From the NCBI GenBank assembly GCA_964035545.1, contig OZ037765.1:1240001-1304000 (forward strand): a DNA stretch of 64,000 nt, read 5' to 3'. Below are positions 1-18,800 of this stretch, piece by piece (the first letter of the stretch is position 1; every line of letters starts with the position of its first letter). Made by a program: the position numbers and the translations under genes. The notes under the pieces are model-generated. The model made no database searches and was not told the DNA's origin. It saw nothing but the letters and a program-made list of their open reading frames with translations. This DNA is from Bugula neritina. Lineage: Eukaryota; Animalia; Bryozoa.

Positions 1-429
1 AGCCTAGGGCCTAATTTGACACACAGTAAAATTTTCTTTTTTCATTTTAGCTACATTTATGGTTGTGTTACTTTTTGCGTATCAGTATAGTAAATCAAAT
101 ATTCTAAGCACCAAAAGCAAATTCAAAATCAAACTAATTAAATTTAAAATTCCAAGATGATGATCAAGTTCAACATCAATATCAATATGAATATGAACTG
201 ATTTTGACAAGGAAGATCATGATAATTGATAAAGATGCTTGCGCTAAACATATTTTTATTTCAGCGATAGCATTAAGCACATCTAGTATTAGTACTACAA
301 AGTCAACAGTATGTGTAACTCAAACTGTATGAGTATTAGTACCACAATTAGAATTAGTTTTACTATTGGCATGATATTAACTTTGACTTTCAGTTTCAGA
401 TTGAGTGTTTATAAAATTTGATAACCAAC

Positions 430-475
430 CTGGTTTTGTACCTGAGAGCTTTTTTAACGACGGAAGAAATGGCAT
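430..475 (-). CDS. Possible first coding exon (MPFLPSLKKLSGTKP-G) of a gene divergent from RUVBL2, continuing off the window
   Basis: ATG at 475-473, open frame to CAG|GTTGGT donor, ~290 bp head-to-head with the RUVBL2 ATG; no recognisable homology. Confidence 0.3.
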
Positions 476-766
476 TTCATTTAAAAATAAACATTTAATA
501 TTCACACTTGAAAACTAAATTGCACATATACCAAATTTTGTAATTTGAATTTTCATTTTATTTCAATTTTAACAATTCGGTTGACAAGGGTATCAGATCG
601 TCCCCGGAAATAGTTTGAAAGTAATAAATGCTGGGCATGTTGAAAATATTACAGATTTTTTATAACGTTACGGATATCGGGAAATATCGGTGTCGTGACG
701 TTGTTAGCACGCATTTTATTTTAAATTTCATAGTTACTCGTTTTAGCGTCAAACTCAATTATCATC

Positions 767-5107
<4,341 letters not shown>

Positions 5108-7272
5108 GTCCAGCTATCTGCTCTGTACCTCCTCACATCAACAGTACGTCCCTCATTTGGAAGGCTGCAGAACTTTCTAGTTCACTTAGTCTACGCAAAT
5201 GTAACAGTTTCTAGTGATTTTCTGTATAATGTCATGTGGTGCATCACCATATGTGTTACACGTCTGCTGTTAGTGCTTATCCTTCTGCAAGTCTAGTGCT
5301 GCGAATAGGTTCTTGACGCTGTTCTACAGTGTCAACTTACACTGCAGATGCAATTCTTTATCTAATGTAACAGCTTCTTACATTCTTTCCATTGCAATTA
5401 ATCAACTTTTTATGTTTTATCTTTGCACCGACTGAAATAGTTATATTTCACTGTAAACAATCATCTTGGTTGTAAATCTCATTCCAAAATAAACTAAATA
5501 TATCAAAGTTGTCCTCTTTTTCTACATATTATACAGAATCAGTAAGTTGGGCAAGTCTTTCTCTGTTGTAATTTATATATCAAGTACCTATAATATTGGC
5601 AGTGAATGGTATTTTATTACAGAAAGGTTTATATAATAATAGAGAAATGCTTCACCAGCTGCAATCTATATTACATTCTAGTGATAGGACAGTGTGTCAT
5701 GCTACATAATGCAATTACATTAATAGTTTTCCCAATGATCTATTGTTGGGAGTAAAACTATTCACACATAAAGTTTCAGCTCCACACAAATCTATTGTTT
5801 AGTGAATTGTATTTCATGTTACTAACAGCTTTAGAGTGTCTAAACTTGAGTTTTATTTTATTCTGAGAAATAATATTGGATTAGTTTGCCATGTTTGTGG
5901 TTAGGGCAGTGGTTGGCTCTCTAACACTAATAATACTAGTCTTATCACAGGAAAATTCTCTATCTCAATGTCGACCAGGTGGAGGTAGGTGAAGGTCAAT
6001 AGTTTCATGTGAGAATAAATTAACTTTGTGGAAGAGCCTACCCCCCCCCCCTCTCCAAACAGTAATAATTTGAGGAGTTTTCATGCTATAGGGCATAGGC
6101 AATTGCAACCATTTATAAACAATACTACTGTTTCAATGTAAAGCAACTTTTTTATTAAAGATCACCCATCATGTATTTCTGTGTTATTATACAACTTCAG
6201 ATTACCCAGTTTTGGTCTGCAAAGTATTTTACGATATAGACCTAACGACTTCCCAAAACGCATGAGCAATTCATTTAAATATTATTTTACCTTCCAACTC
6301 CCACTATAATGCATTCAATCAGATGAGTCTAGAAAAGAATAAGTGCATTTTTGCCTTCCTAAATTAAGAACTTTCTTTTTCTGGGCAGCATATTTAGATA
6401 GATTTGATTAATAGTGCAATGGTACAGTGATGATACATAGTAGACTGGCTATTTATATACAATATGCTAAGTATTAATCATTAAAAAACTGCATAATTTG
6501 AATCAAAATAAAGGTACAAACGCATACTTTGGTACATTATATTCAAACACAGTTTCTACACCAAATATTCAATGTTGGTTTCTGCCACTTTTAATTATAT
6601 AACCAGATAGCTGCATTATTAATTTAGAAGCTGCAGTGAAAAACTACCTGCATACAACTTGGATTAATTTTACGTTTTATCCACTGAATTACATAAAATA
6701 TGGTATAAAAAATAGAATTAATATATAGTCTACAGTAACACTATAGAAATATGTAAATGGTGCAAAGTGTTTAGCCTTATAGTATATATTGGTGTAGTAT
6801 ACAATCTATCTTAATTTTAGTACAGTATTATGTAATACAGTAATATGTAATATAGTAATATGTAATATAGTGATATGCAATATAGTAATACATCGTATAG
6901 TAATGTGTAATCTAGTAATATATGTAATATAGTAATATGAAATGTAGTATTTTTTGCATCTACAGTAATATAAAGTATTGCAAGTATATAACTTATACAA
7001 AAGTATAATGATAATCTTGTAGTCTATAAAGTGTAACTCTACTTGTGGAAAATAAAATATTGTTTTATTGTTAAGTTTGTCACACCAACGCAGTCGTGTG
7101 CATGATCGTGTAAAGACTTTTAAGTGAGTCATAGAATTTACCCCAAACCAACATGGCGAGAGGGGATAAACTTGTAGCCATAATCGGGCCAGCATCCTAA
7201 TTCCCAATACTTGCCCAGATCAATCCCCTTGCTTATGGATACTTCGTTCTAACCTTTCAACTATATTATAAG

Positions 7273-9488
7273 ATGTGTGTAACACTTCTTCATTTCCTTA
7301 TAACTTCTGCAGTTGAATGTCAAAACAACGGCAGATGTGAGCTGCAGATTGCACCTGATGGCACAGAGTTAGAGCTGTGTAACTGTGAGAGGACCTACAG
7401 CGGGCGTGACTGCAGTTACCCAAACACCGACTGTACTTTCTTCACGTGCTATAACGGGGCGCTGTGTAGCACCGATGGTAGCGACTCCTGTAACTGTAAC
7501 ACCACAGTCTATTCTGGGCTAGATTGCAGTCAGGAAAACTGCATTGGTGAGTCAGCATTCTTATCAGGTAGAAATTCCTTATAGTAGTTGGAGGTATTTT
7601 TATATATATGTTTACATTTTTTATATATGTTTATATACTATTATGTTATTGTATGTATATATACTACAATGTTGCTATATGTTAGCATATTATTTTACTA
7701 TTATATGCTATATTAGAAGTTGGTAGAAACAGATGAACGTATAGACTAACTTTACAGTAAAAATAGCAAGTAATACGTTTGCCAAAATGAATAGCAAATT
7801 AAATGTTGTAGCATTCTATAGTATGTTTTTATATATTCTATATTGTAGCATAGTATAGTATATAGTTTGTAAGCATAAGATATTTCTATAGCAATCTATG
7901 TTGTCTTGAATAATGAACCAGCCACTATATAACATGTTGAATATTGCTAGATTATATTTCATTTTAATTAGTGGAGATTCCACCATACTATACCACATAC
8001 TACCGCACATGTATACAATGTAAAGGATTGTCTTCTCTTATAGTAAGTAATATATTCCAGTTAATGGGGAGGTAACTGACAACTACTGCAAGAATGGTGG
8101 GAGATGTCACGAGGGTCAGTGTATCTGTCCAAACAGCACCAGAGGGGAACATTGTGAAGCAATAGCTTGCGGGTCATATGAGTAAGTATTGTACTTACCT
8201 CACTAGCTGGTCATATGAGTAAGTATTGTATGTACACTCTTACTAGGTCATATGAGTAAGTATTGTACTTACCTCACTAGCTGGTCATATGAGTAAGTAT
8301 TGTACGTACACTCTTACTAGGCTATATGAGTAAGTATTGTACTGTTGAGAACTGGTTTGTTTTGCATGAAATAGATTGTGACGAGCTACACTAATTATTG
8401 TAGATGTCTTGGAGGATATTGCAACTTGGACAAATGTGCCTGTGTGGGGTATTGTGAACTAGGTAGGTGGTTACAATACAACAGTCAGCAACAATATGAC
8501 AATTACTTTAGGTTTAGAGAGAACAGATCTCTAAACCGAGACTCAACAACTCTGCTTTCAGGGTGTGACCTCACCACAGGCACTTGTCTGACAGTCCCAG
8601 AGGAACAGGAAGAAGAAGTGTTTCTGACAACGGCGAGGAAAGTGCTAATAGCGGTGGTTGGGTCTATAGTATTCGTGGTAATTCTTCCAGCTCTGTACGC
8701 AATGCACAACATGAGAATAGAACACAAACAGAGGAACGAGAGAATCAAGTCACACATGCAATTAGAAAGGATGACTCATGCGGCTTACTTAGGTGAGTCA
8801 TGTTTCTTAACTTTCTATCATGAGAATACGAAAGAGAAAACCAAACATTATTTAGTAAATTAGTTTTAACAATTTATCAACAGAATGATTGCGATCATCA
8901 TATTGAGTTTAGTTTTATTCTTGGTATAAAGTTTACAATTACGTAGAAAATCAACTGTTTCTTGTGGTTAATAACAAAAGGGGTGGGGAGAATGGGGTGA
9001 GGGTTGGCATGAACCTGCAACCTAATCAATTCACTGAAAAACTTTATTTCATGAGTAACAGCTATAAATTCAATAATTTTTCAAACTATTTTACACAACA
9101 CAATTGATGATTTTGTTTCACAGAAAAAGAAGAGACGCGAAGAGCTGAGGCAGCTGCCAAAATTCAGGAGGAAATTAAACCGCAGAAGAAGAAAAGTAAA
9201 ACCAAATCCATCACATCAAAAGTAGAAAAAGTCGACAGTATAGAAGTGCCTGAAGACATTGCTTCTATAGCCAACGCCAACACGGCGGTAACACCACCTC
9301 CCCCATCCCAACTTAGCAAGAAATCTACAGATTCTAATGCTAAGAAAGACACTGAAATGACAGAAGTTAAAAAGGATAATGAAACTCCAAAAAATAGCGA
9401 GAAAAAACAATCCCCTCGTAAAAAAGATAAAAAGAAGCCAAAAGAGAAAAAATCGAAAGCTAAGCCTGCAAAAGGCAAGAAGAAATGA
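7273..9488 (+). CDS. EGF-repeat single-pass transmembrane protein with Lys-rich cytoplasmic tail (5' end uncertain)
   Basis: Exons ~7313-7546 (CQNNGRC..CNC..YSGRDC; CYNGALC..CNC..YSGLDC), 8061-8181 (CKNGGRC..CIC..RGEHCE), 8404-8462, 8562-8792 (TM VLIAVVGSIVFVVILPALYAM), 9124-9488; splice phases join consistently. Confidence 0.75.
8172..8343 (+). repeat. Five tandem copies of an exon end plus splice donor (GGTCATATGA|GTAAGTATTGTA)
   Basis: Units of ~37-39 bp beginning at the true donor (8181/8182). Confidence 0.85.
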
Positions 9489-9800
9489 TCAGCATAAAAA
9501 TTATAATCTGTTTGAGTTATTTATTTTATTTCATGTGTAATTATATCGTATATAGGTTGTTTATAGCTGTTTGGATAATCATTAATAAAATCTATTTGAA
9601 CATAAAAAGAAAGTGCAACTTTCTATTGAGCATGCGTTACTTTTACACACATGTATATAAATTTGCTAAAAATATGTAACAGTTCTCTTTATGCCATGAC
9701 TATAGTTAAACTTGTCAGGAAAGCAGTCTTTCCATGCATAACAGTTTTGTATAAATAAATGTGTTATAATTTAATAAATCCTTATGAGAAAAGTATTCCG

Positions 9801-12800
9801 TTAATGTCTTGGGAAAAACCCGGACTTGTTGGGCGTGCTACTCGGGACAAATCCCGACATCGGTGGTGGTCCACCAGAGGGAGTTAGGCTTACTGGTGCA
9901 GCTGTTTGATTAAAATAGTTAGCTGGTGACATGGCACCTGTCACAGGTGGTTGACTGGGGTAGCTAGCACCTGTCATGGGTGGCTGGCTTGGGTAGCTAG
10001 CACCTGCCATGGGTGGTTGACTAGGGTAGCTAGCACCTGTCATGGGTGGCTGACTGGGATAGCTAGCACCTGCCATGGGTGGCTGGCTGGGGTAACTAGC
10101 ACCTGTCATGGGTGGTTGACTGGGATAGCTAGCACCTGTCACAGGTGGTTGAGTTGAGAAGCTGGAATTAAGTTTAGCTGCTACTTCAGTCAGTGAGTGA
10201 ATTTGCTGCTGCTTTGTTTTGTCCTTGACATCAGGGAATACGCCCATCAAAGCATACACTTCTTTCATCAGCATCAATGATACATCTTCAGAATCCCTGA
10301 ACAGAGATCATTGCAGCCGTTTGTAATGTTATTCATAGGGAAGAAATACTGACGAAAAGGAGGGCTAGAATTTTCCTACACATGGCTGCTTATTATTTCT
10401 ATATAGGTCAAGTTAGTTTCTTTTTAGGTTATGAGAAAAAAATGTTATACCTAAAATTAAATAATTAACAAAAGTTTTCAAGTAACATAAAGGCGTAAAC
10501 AAAAGAAAATTTACATTTACATATACGTACAGAATATATTCTAGTAAACAAGTGTGATGTAACTCAAGTGTGATGTGACTCAAGTGTAGAATATTTAGTA
10601 ATTAAGTGTGATGTAACTCAAGTATAGAATATTCTAGTAAACAAGTGTGATGTGACTCAAGTGTGATGTAACTCAAGTATAGAATATTTAGTAAACAAGT
10701 GTGATGTGACACAAGTGTGATGTGACACACGTACGGAATATTCTAGTAAACAAGTGTGATGTGACTCAAGTGTGATGTGACACTAGTATATAATATACTT
10801 ACCAGTATACAAGATGGCTGCTCAAAGCAAATAAATAATCATTGAAACTCTCAAACGGCGCCTCCTGAAGCACGAAATCAATTCTTCTGCCTTGATTCAA
10901 CTGTCCGACTTCCACTTCATTATCGGCAAAGCTGGACACGGCTGAAGCACATATATAATGTACTTACTCTACACATGTACTTACTCTAGATATATACTTA
11001 CTATATGCATATACTTAGTTTAGGTATGTATTTACTATATGCATATGTTTACTGTAAGTATGTACTTACTACACACACTATATTAAATTGAACCAAGTAA
11101 TACAATAAACAGACCTCAAGTAATCCCAACAACCTCAAGTAAAGTCAAGTAAAGTCAAGTAAGATAGACCTGATTCTGAGTAACTCACACTCTAACTCCG
11201 AATGAGAAGTGTCAACCTTCTCATCGTCGCTAACCACCGACTCCAGCACCTTATCCACCTGGTCGGATAACTCCTGCTCGCTATCTGCAATCTGATTGGC
11301 TGCCATGCCGCTGGTGTGAGCCCTGGCAAAGTCGTTGATAGACGCCCACGTGCTCTTCAATGACTTCAACACTTTGTCCTTGATGTCTGATCCGACTTTC
11401 ACTATGTTTTCTTTCAACTCTGAAATATGACTCGGAGAATAATAGCAACTAAAATATGATCAACAGAATTATAGTAAAATTCACATTTATATACTTTAGA
11501 AAATAAAATTAAACAAAATATTAATTTTAAGAATAATAGTAACTAAAAGTGATACTCGAGCTACAAGAATTCCAGTGAAACAGTAAAACCACGACTCACC
11601 CAAGTGGAGTCGTTTCCTCCCCTTATGGTGAGGGATAAGCACGGGCTTCTGTCTAATGCTGGGGTTAATAAGTGGCTCCATCCTGTACGCCACCGGGTCA
11701 AACGGGTGGAATATATTCAACATACTCTCGCAAGTTGGGAGGTGGAAGTCGCGACTCAAACTTTCCACACCTCTGATAGTTAGGAACATGGCTATAGGAG
11801 AGCCCAAGGCAAAGAACTTGTTCACTTTGAACTCCAGCTGAGGATAAGTCACCAAAGGGAAGCCAACTCCCTGTAGACCTGACACGTACCCCACTTGTGT
11901 GTTGGAGGTAGTTTCCATCAACCTGAGTATATAACAAAGAATAAGCTCAACATAAGTTCAGAGAAATACTTACTATATAGTTAGAAATTAAACTGAAAAT
12001 TTAATAAAGAGCAAACTAATTGGTGGCAGAAAACTGAAATAATGTGAAAATTTGACATAAATTGGATTTATTAAAAACAATTATTTAGGATCATGCAATT
12101 CTCGGATTTCTTAGATCGGATAAACAATGTAAATATTCGCTACTATTTCTCTTTTCTTTATTTTGTAAAATATTTTTATTTTTGTTTATTTCAAAATTTC
12201 ATTTCATTATAACTGCAACTTGTACTGAAAAACACATTTTGGATCTTAATTACGAACAAATAAATACTTTTTATGCAACATAAAAAACTCTCTAAAATAG
12301 TTACATTGCTGGTAACTTTAATGAAAAAACCTAGCAACTTCAAAGCCGGATAAAACAGAATATACTACTACCCTTCCCCCCCCCCTCCGTCACACTGTGC
12401 AAGCATTACACCTCACACCTAGAAGTATGTTGAGTTCAGATAAAGTTGAACAACACAAATATTTAGGCATGCAAACTGAGAGAGTAAGTGAGAAATTAAA
12501 GCGAATCAACAAATAGACTCACTCACCTTCTCCTGACAACAAAAAATCAAATAAATGAAAGAGTTGAGTATAAACATTGCCAGTAGAAATATAGATGAGT
12601 ATTCAACACACTTCCTACTAAAAGTATCACCAGCTGTGTAATGAGTCTCACCAGGAGAGCTGCCGGGAGAGGTCAGCAGGTTGAGTCATCCCGGTGTCAG
12701 CGGATGACGTGGCAGGAAGTGCAGGTTCTTGTTCAACTTTGCAGGCGGCAGCAGACTTAGCCTCGCGTTCTGCGACAAACTTGAGTATCTTTTTACGGGG

Positions 12801-15800
12801 CCCGAGAGGGAGTCCAATAGATTTGAGGTCTTCTTCGGAGCACATCAGCTGGTAGAAGAGATCAATGCAGAGTATATAGGACACTGTGTTGAGACTTAGC
12901 AGAGGTCAATGTGAACAAGAAGGGGCAGACAACTACTCACTAGTGACTCCAAGTCAATCTGCTCGTCGTGAAACTTTGCCGACAGATTGGTGAGTGCCAA
13001 GTGTTCCAAAACTGTCTCCATCGTCTCTATGGCAACCAGTTTACCATCCTGGAAAGACATTACAGTCGATTACTACAGAGATGCACTACAGTTGACTACT
13101 AGCTACAGTCAACATCTGGAAAAATAAACAATTAAAGTTGACAAATGAGAAGGGAAAACATAGTTTACTGACTAGCAGAAGGGGAAGAGAAACCCACCAC
13201 TGGCGTAGAGCAGGGGGTGGCAGACCGAGATCTCTCCGAGAGGACGTCAGAGGAGGGGGTCGACTGTCTTACAGGCTGACCTTTCCCAAGGACACTGTTC
13301 ATATTAGACTGAGGCATTCCTTGCATGGAAAGTAGGTCAAACAGAACAAGAGAGCCGAGGCTGTGACCAGCCAAAGACACTTTCCCAGTCCAGCCCGGGT
13401 TCCTGTGTACAAACATCTGGTAGAGACGGTTCAGTTCTCCCCCTACTTTGTCCAAGATACTCTGAAAGTAAACAAGTTGACCTTCACCTACTAAACATGT
13501 GACACACAAGAAAATTTCGATAGCATCAATCAAATATATCACACCTAGTATTATAAAACATGTTTATTAAAAGAACACGATATTAACAACATGCATCGGA
13601 ATAAATATAAGCTGAGTAAGATCACCTGCGAATAGAGAGGGCTGTTATAGAATAATATGTCAAGTAGGACCTCATTGGTCAGCTCTCTGATCTTGGAGAT
13701 ACTGGGAAGTGTGATGTTACCTAACCTCCTATCCACCCCTGTAATCGGCAGCATCACACAATGAGCTAGTATATAAGGTCTCTACCCCCTAATTTCTTGT
13801 ATTATTTCTCATTATTGAAATTGTCACAGCAATTTATTAATTTTGAGCTTCAGAAACATTTTTACTCCAAAAGTTTTCAATTCGTCCTTCATGGTGTTCA
13901 AATTGTAACTGAGAGCATGCAGGGGCGTATCAAAACAGGATGTACTCACCAACAGCCTCGTTACGGAGCGCATCGTACCAGTAAATCGGTAGAAACTCTA
14001 CACGACTGATTTTGCCGTTAGACTGTGAACTGTTGAAGTGAGAGTTGAGCATAGTGGTGGCAGTGGATCTCATGCCATTCACTGCAGTATACAGATTATA
14101 TCATGTATTATACTGTCTATTATATTATGTATATTATCTTATGTATTATATTGTCTATTATATCATGTATTATACTTTATATTATTTTATGTATTATACT
14201 GTATATTATATTATATATTATTTTATATATATTACATTATATTATCACATACATTCTATTATACATTACATTATATTATACATATTATACTACATATTGG
14301 ATCTTATATTAAACTAAGTTACGTATCAGAAAATTCAACCAACGCACAAACAATAAGGAACACTACACCAAATTTACACTCTAAACTCATGTTATATACA
14401 GTATATACAGTATAGCGAGTTTCAACATAACTGTTTGCATATTTTAATACACAACAAAATTTTCTTTTCTATTTCAACATACATTAACAGATAATAGACC
14501 AATAATAAAACCATACTGTTTACACGCACAGCTATAGAATAAAACAGGAAGCTACATACCACACTCTACGATGCCCCTGAACTTGAGGTCACACACCGGA
14601 CCGATACCGTGCACCACGAATATCAACTCATCTATCCTCTCACTCTCCCCGTTACTTATGTTACTGTCCACGTCGTCCGTGCCTCTCTTCACCACCTTTG
14701 GCCTTGACATCTCACTCTGCAGTATTAACAGACTCGAGATATTCAACTCTTAGTCTATTACATCGTATAACTCTAAGTCTACTAATTTGCTATTCAATAA
14801 TTTTTTTAACTTTAAAATTTCCACCAGAGGAAAACTCAAATCTAATTGTGAAGAAGGAAATAAAACTCAAATTGTTCCCAAAACCTTCATAGATAAATTT
14901 GGAAATTCTTGAATTTGTGAATCATTTGAATTCAAAGATTCATTGTCCTTATGCTATGCTAGAAAGTTGAAGCTGCCTAATCCAACATACATAATGCTTT
15001 GTAAAACTATATTCTACATTGTAGGAAAATAAAACACTCACATTTACTTGTTACTAAAGTAATTTGCTTGTTGAATATTAATTATTCTTTCAGTTACCAT
15101 TTCCTTCAAAACGTATTTACTAATACAAGGATAATACGAGTACATCAGCAACACTTTGATCTAATCTAATTTGCTTATAACTCTAAGTAAAAGAGAAGAC
15201 AACTCACCAGGGGAGCCCCAAACTCCTCTGGGAAGGATTCTTTACTGTACTGTACAAAGACGTTGGAGCTGTGGAAGACGAATATATCTGCACAGCTCTT
15301 CAAATAGTTCTTCTTGTGCCATGATTTGTTAGTCAGCGTCTGACTGTACACTTCCTGTATAATAGTATGTTCCCACAATGCAATGCAACACTTCCTGTAT
15401 AATAGTATGTTCCCACAATGCATTGCAATACTTCCTGTACAATGGTATGTTCCCACAATACATTGTAATATTTGTTTATTGTGTAACTTTTCAATTTGCT
15501 TTTTATTAGATGCCAAAATACTAAATCTAACAAAAAAACACGCTAGCCTACCTCGAGTTCATCAGCGATCTCTTCACTGTAAGGTATATAGGACATATTC
15601 GTGTCATCTCGGTAAAACCAAGAACATCTCCGGATTTCACACGAGCTCTCCGACCAGTACACTGCTCGCCTTTCTCTCTCACTAATACACACATCATATC
15701 TACCCCCGTCTGTCTGTACCACGTCTGGTTCCCCTGGTTACGGGTAAACAACAAACTTATTCTGTTAGTTAGTTGATCACACTGAATGATAATAGAGATT

Positions 15801-18800
15801 ATTTTGAGAAAAAAAAACAATAAAGCTTTATAGTTGTTATCGATTATTAAACTGATCTTGGAGAGGAGGAACATCTGATGAAAATGAAATCTCATGTCTT
15901 CACGTCTGCTGGGTTTATTAGTTTTAAAGAGCGATTACGTAAAATTGATATTTAGTTGAGAAGATGCCTCGTAAACCAGTTATGGATGAAGTGTCAGACG
16001 AAATGAGTCACCAATCAGCAACGGATGAGTCATCAACGCGAGACATTACCAGGATATGACCTCACCATTTAGGAAACTTTCCTCCAAAGTCATAGAATCT
16101 TTGTAGGAAAAGGACTTCCATGAATCTGGTTTGCCATCAGTTTTCTTACAGTAGAACCAGTGATGGACTACAGGGCTGTAATGCACCACGGCTATCTGGG
16201 AGGGGACAGTAGACTGTGTATCAACAGGCTGGGCGGGGTTATACATAGGCACCGCCCTAGTTGAGTTTTCAACTGATGCCTCATAGTTGGTATTCTGTGA
16301 AGTGTACTGTGGTGTCTCAAATCCTGGTATTGGAGGAATATAAGCATAGAATAAAATGCTGGCAATAGCTGCAAAAAATTATTACTGTGCTAAAGAGAAC
16401 AAATAGAAATAGTTGATGAATAACAAAAGATAATTTGGAATGAGTTTAATTTGCTATGTTGATGAGACAATAAAAGAAATAGCATACTTAATTAAACTTT
16501 TCAAAGAAACTGATTTAGTGACTATTCTCAAGCTTCTGCAACTGAGTCATACTAGAATGCTATTCATGACAGAATTAATATTGAGTGAGAGTAACTACCC
16601 GAAACTGGAGGCTGGTGTGTTGGCTGGTAATACTGAGAAACTGGTGCAGAGACGCTTGACTGCGAGGATACAGGATTAGCCTGCTGATCAACTGTTGTGT
16701 GAAATGAGTTCAGGAAAGAAGAATCGTGTGTTGGGGGCGCCGCGCCATACCCTACATCGAAGCTATCTTCGCAGGTAAAACTTGTAGCCGCAAAGAGAGA
16801 GGTAGAAGAATTCGAATGGGAGACAGGTGGAACTGCTCCTGGACTTTCCTGTCCAATAAAATGGTCTACTTGTAGTTCCCCAGCGTCAACTAAATAAGTA
16901 CATGTAGTGTTAAGATTTTCAGATTTAGGGTTGATATGCTATCCAGAGAGTCTATTTATCTAGTATAGAACTGCACCAGGCTAAGTCGAGTGAACGAGTA
17001 TATTTTATACACAACTATACATTATAAAAACACGATACATTATCTCTAACAAGTTACACATCTAATCTATTTCACACTCTAGCTTCGACTGAGTTAGCAG
17101 CGGGAAACTACAATTGCTGTTAACTATCAACTACGCTAATTGGCTATCCATTGTTCCGGGTCAATTACGCGACCCTACATGTTGTGCTGCTGGTAGTTCC
17201 ACGAACCACCACACCGCCCCCACCAGCAGAAAGCCATCTTTCTGATATATATATAAAAAAAACATTCAATAGTAATTGCATACATCAGTGGACAAAAATA
17301 GTACATAATATACAGGAAGAGACATAATAATAGACAGAGTCGTTATAACGATCCGTTGCATACAATTGGCCAGCTGTAGATAGACGAGGAATACTAGCTA
17401 GCTGTGGTATTAGACAAGGAATAACCTGTCTAGCAGTTAAGCATTTGCACGATTTTGGTTCCTCACCAAATGTGGAGTATTCTGGGTAGCATACTAAAGT
17501 CCTTGTTGGGCACGCCGGTGCTTGGCTTGGCATGTACGCAGTTTCCGTTTCATACGGCATACGGATCCCTTCAGCTGGAAGAGTCCTGTGGTAGTGTTAA
17601 GTAGATCTGGCGCCAGCTGGGTGAACTCTTCTTGTAATCGTAGGAGGCGTTCTTCTACTGTAGCTAGTCGTACTGGGTCTGGGGACGGTGTCCGTCTGCG
17701 GCGTAAGGGTGGACTGGGGGACCTGGTCCGTCTCTTCGCCGGGGTAGGGGAGATCTCTCCTTCTTCTGGATATGTAGTTTCCTCGGGGGTGTATGTAATT
17801 GGAGGGCGGTCAGACACCAGCGGGGATTGTTGGCGGGCGTTGTCTAACACACGTTGGAACCCCGAGGATAGAACGGCTAATAGCATGGCCTTCTTTACCA
17901 GAGGTCGTATATACGTGAGGAACTCCGGGTACAGCTTAGCGTCGACCACATAGTTTTCTCCAGGGAAACAGCCCGCCGCTCTGTGTCTGGTGACGGGGTA
18001 GGGATACACATCATTGTACCCGCAGGGGCAGAAGGTCAGTAGGAGATGAGCATTGACGTGTAGTTTAAGGGAGCGGTGAGAGGCGCAATCTTCACCACAG
18101 ATCTGGCATCTCGTCCGTCCTCTGGACCCCCAGGCTGTTTCTATTTCTTCTTCGGTTTGTGGAGACACCCACCGCCAACGGCGGCGTAGTGGCTCAGGCC
18201 GGTCACCACTAGCATAGTCCTCCGGATACGGAGCGGGAAGTGTTCTATCCCGTACCCTGGTTGTAGCGGGTCGAGTGTAATCTGAAAAAGTTTCAACAGT
18301 GTTAGTACAGTACACTGCTGTGTTGTCAGCTTGAACAGCTTGGCAACTCCTAATTCAGTTACCTCGTAGAGATTAATGATAGTGAATAGTCAGATAGAAC
18401 CGTATTGCAATGAGATTATAAAAATCTCTAAGTCAAACTGAGTTCTTACTACGGTATTTCACTAACCTATCTCCAGCTCGATTGACTCAGTGAGTCAGAG
18501 CTGAGCGATGCAATCTAGTTTCGTATTAAGATATAGTTAACTCACCCCACGATCTGTTGTCGTAAGACATACTGAATATGTGAAATGGTTTGAACTACTG
18601 CTTAGAAACACGTCTACTCTTGACTGCATCAGCATATGAAAAGATCGAGCAACGTGGTTGGGGTGCGTGATTAAGACTTTGTGCACCCGGCGGATGAATT
18701 TTGTTTCTATTTCCGCCGATACAAAAGTTGATATTTCCGTGGTGTTGACAACTCCCACATTTGCTCGATTCTTTTCTCGTACGGTTTTCCCCTAGACTTT

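Noticed and set aside
14038-14415. Ile/Tyr-rich ORFs (also 1070, 6806, 30909-31323, 40471-40976, 50182)
   Set aside because: Translations of low-complexity AT-rich or microsatellite DNA
17494-18315. ORF3 as an env gene, or starting at the GTG at 18315
   Set aside because: No signal peptide or clear C-terminal TM anchor; the first 11 codons overlap the branch point and polypyrimidine tract, so they are probably intronic
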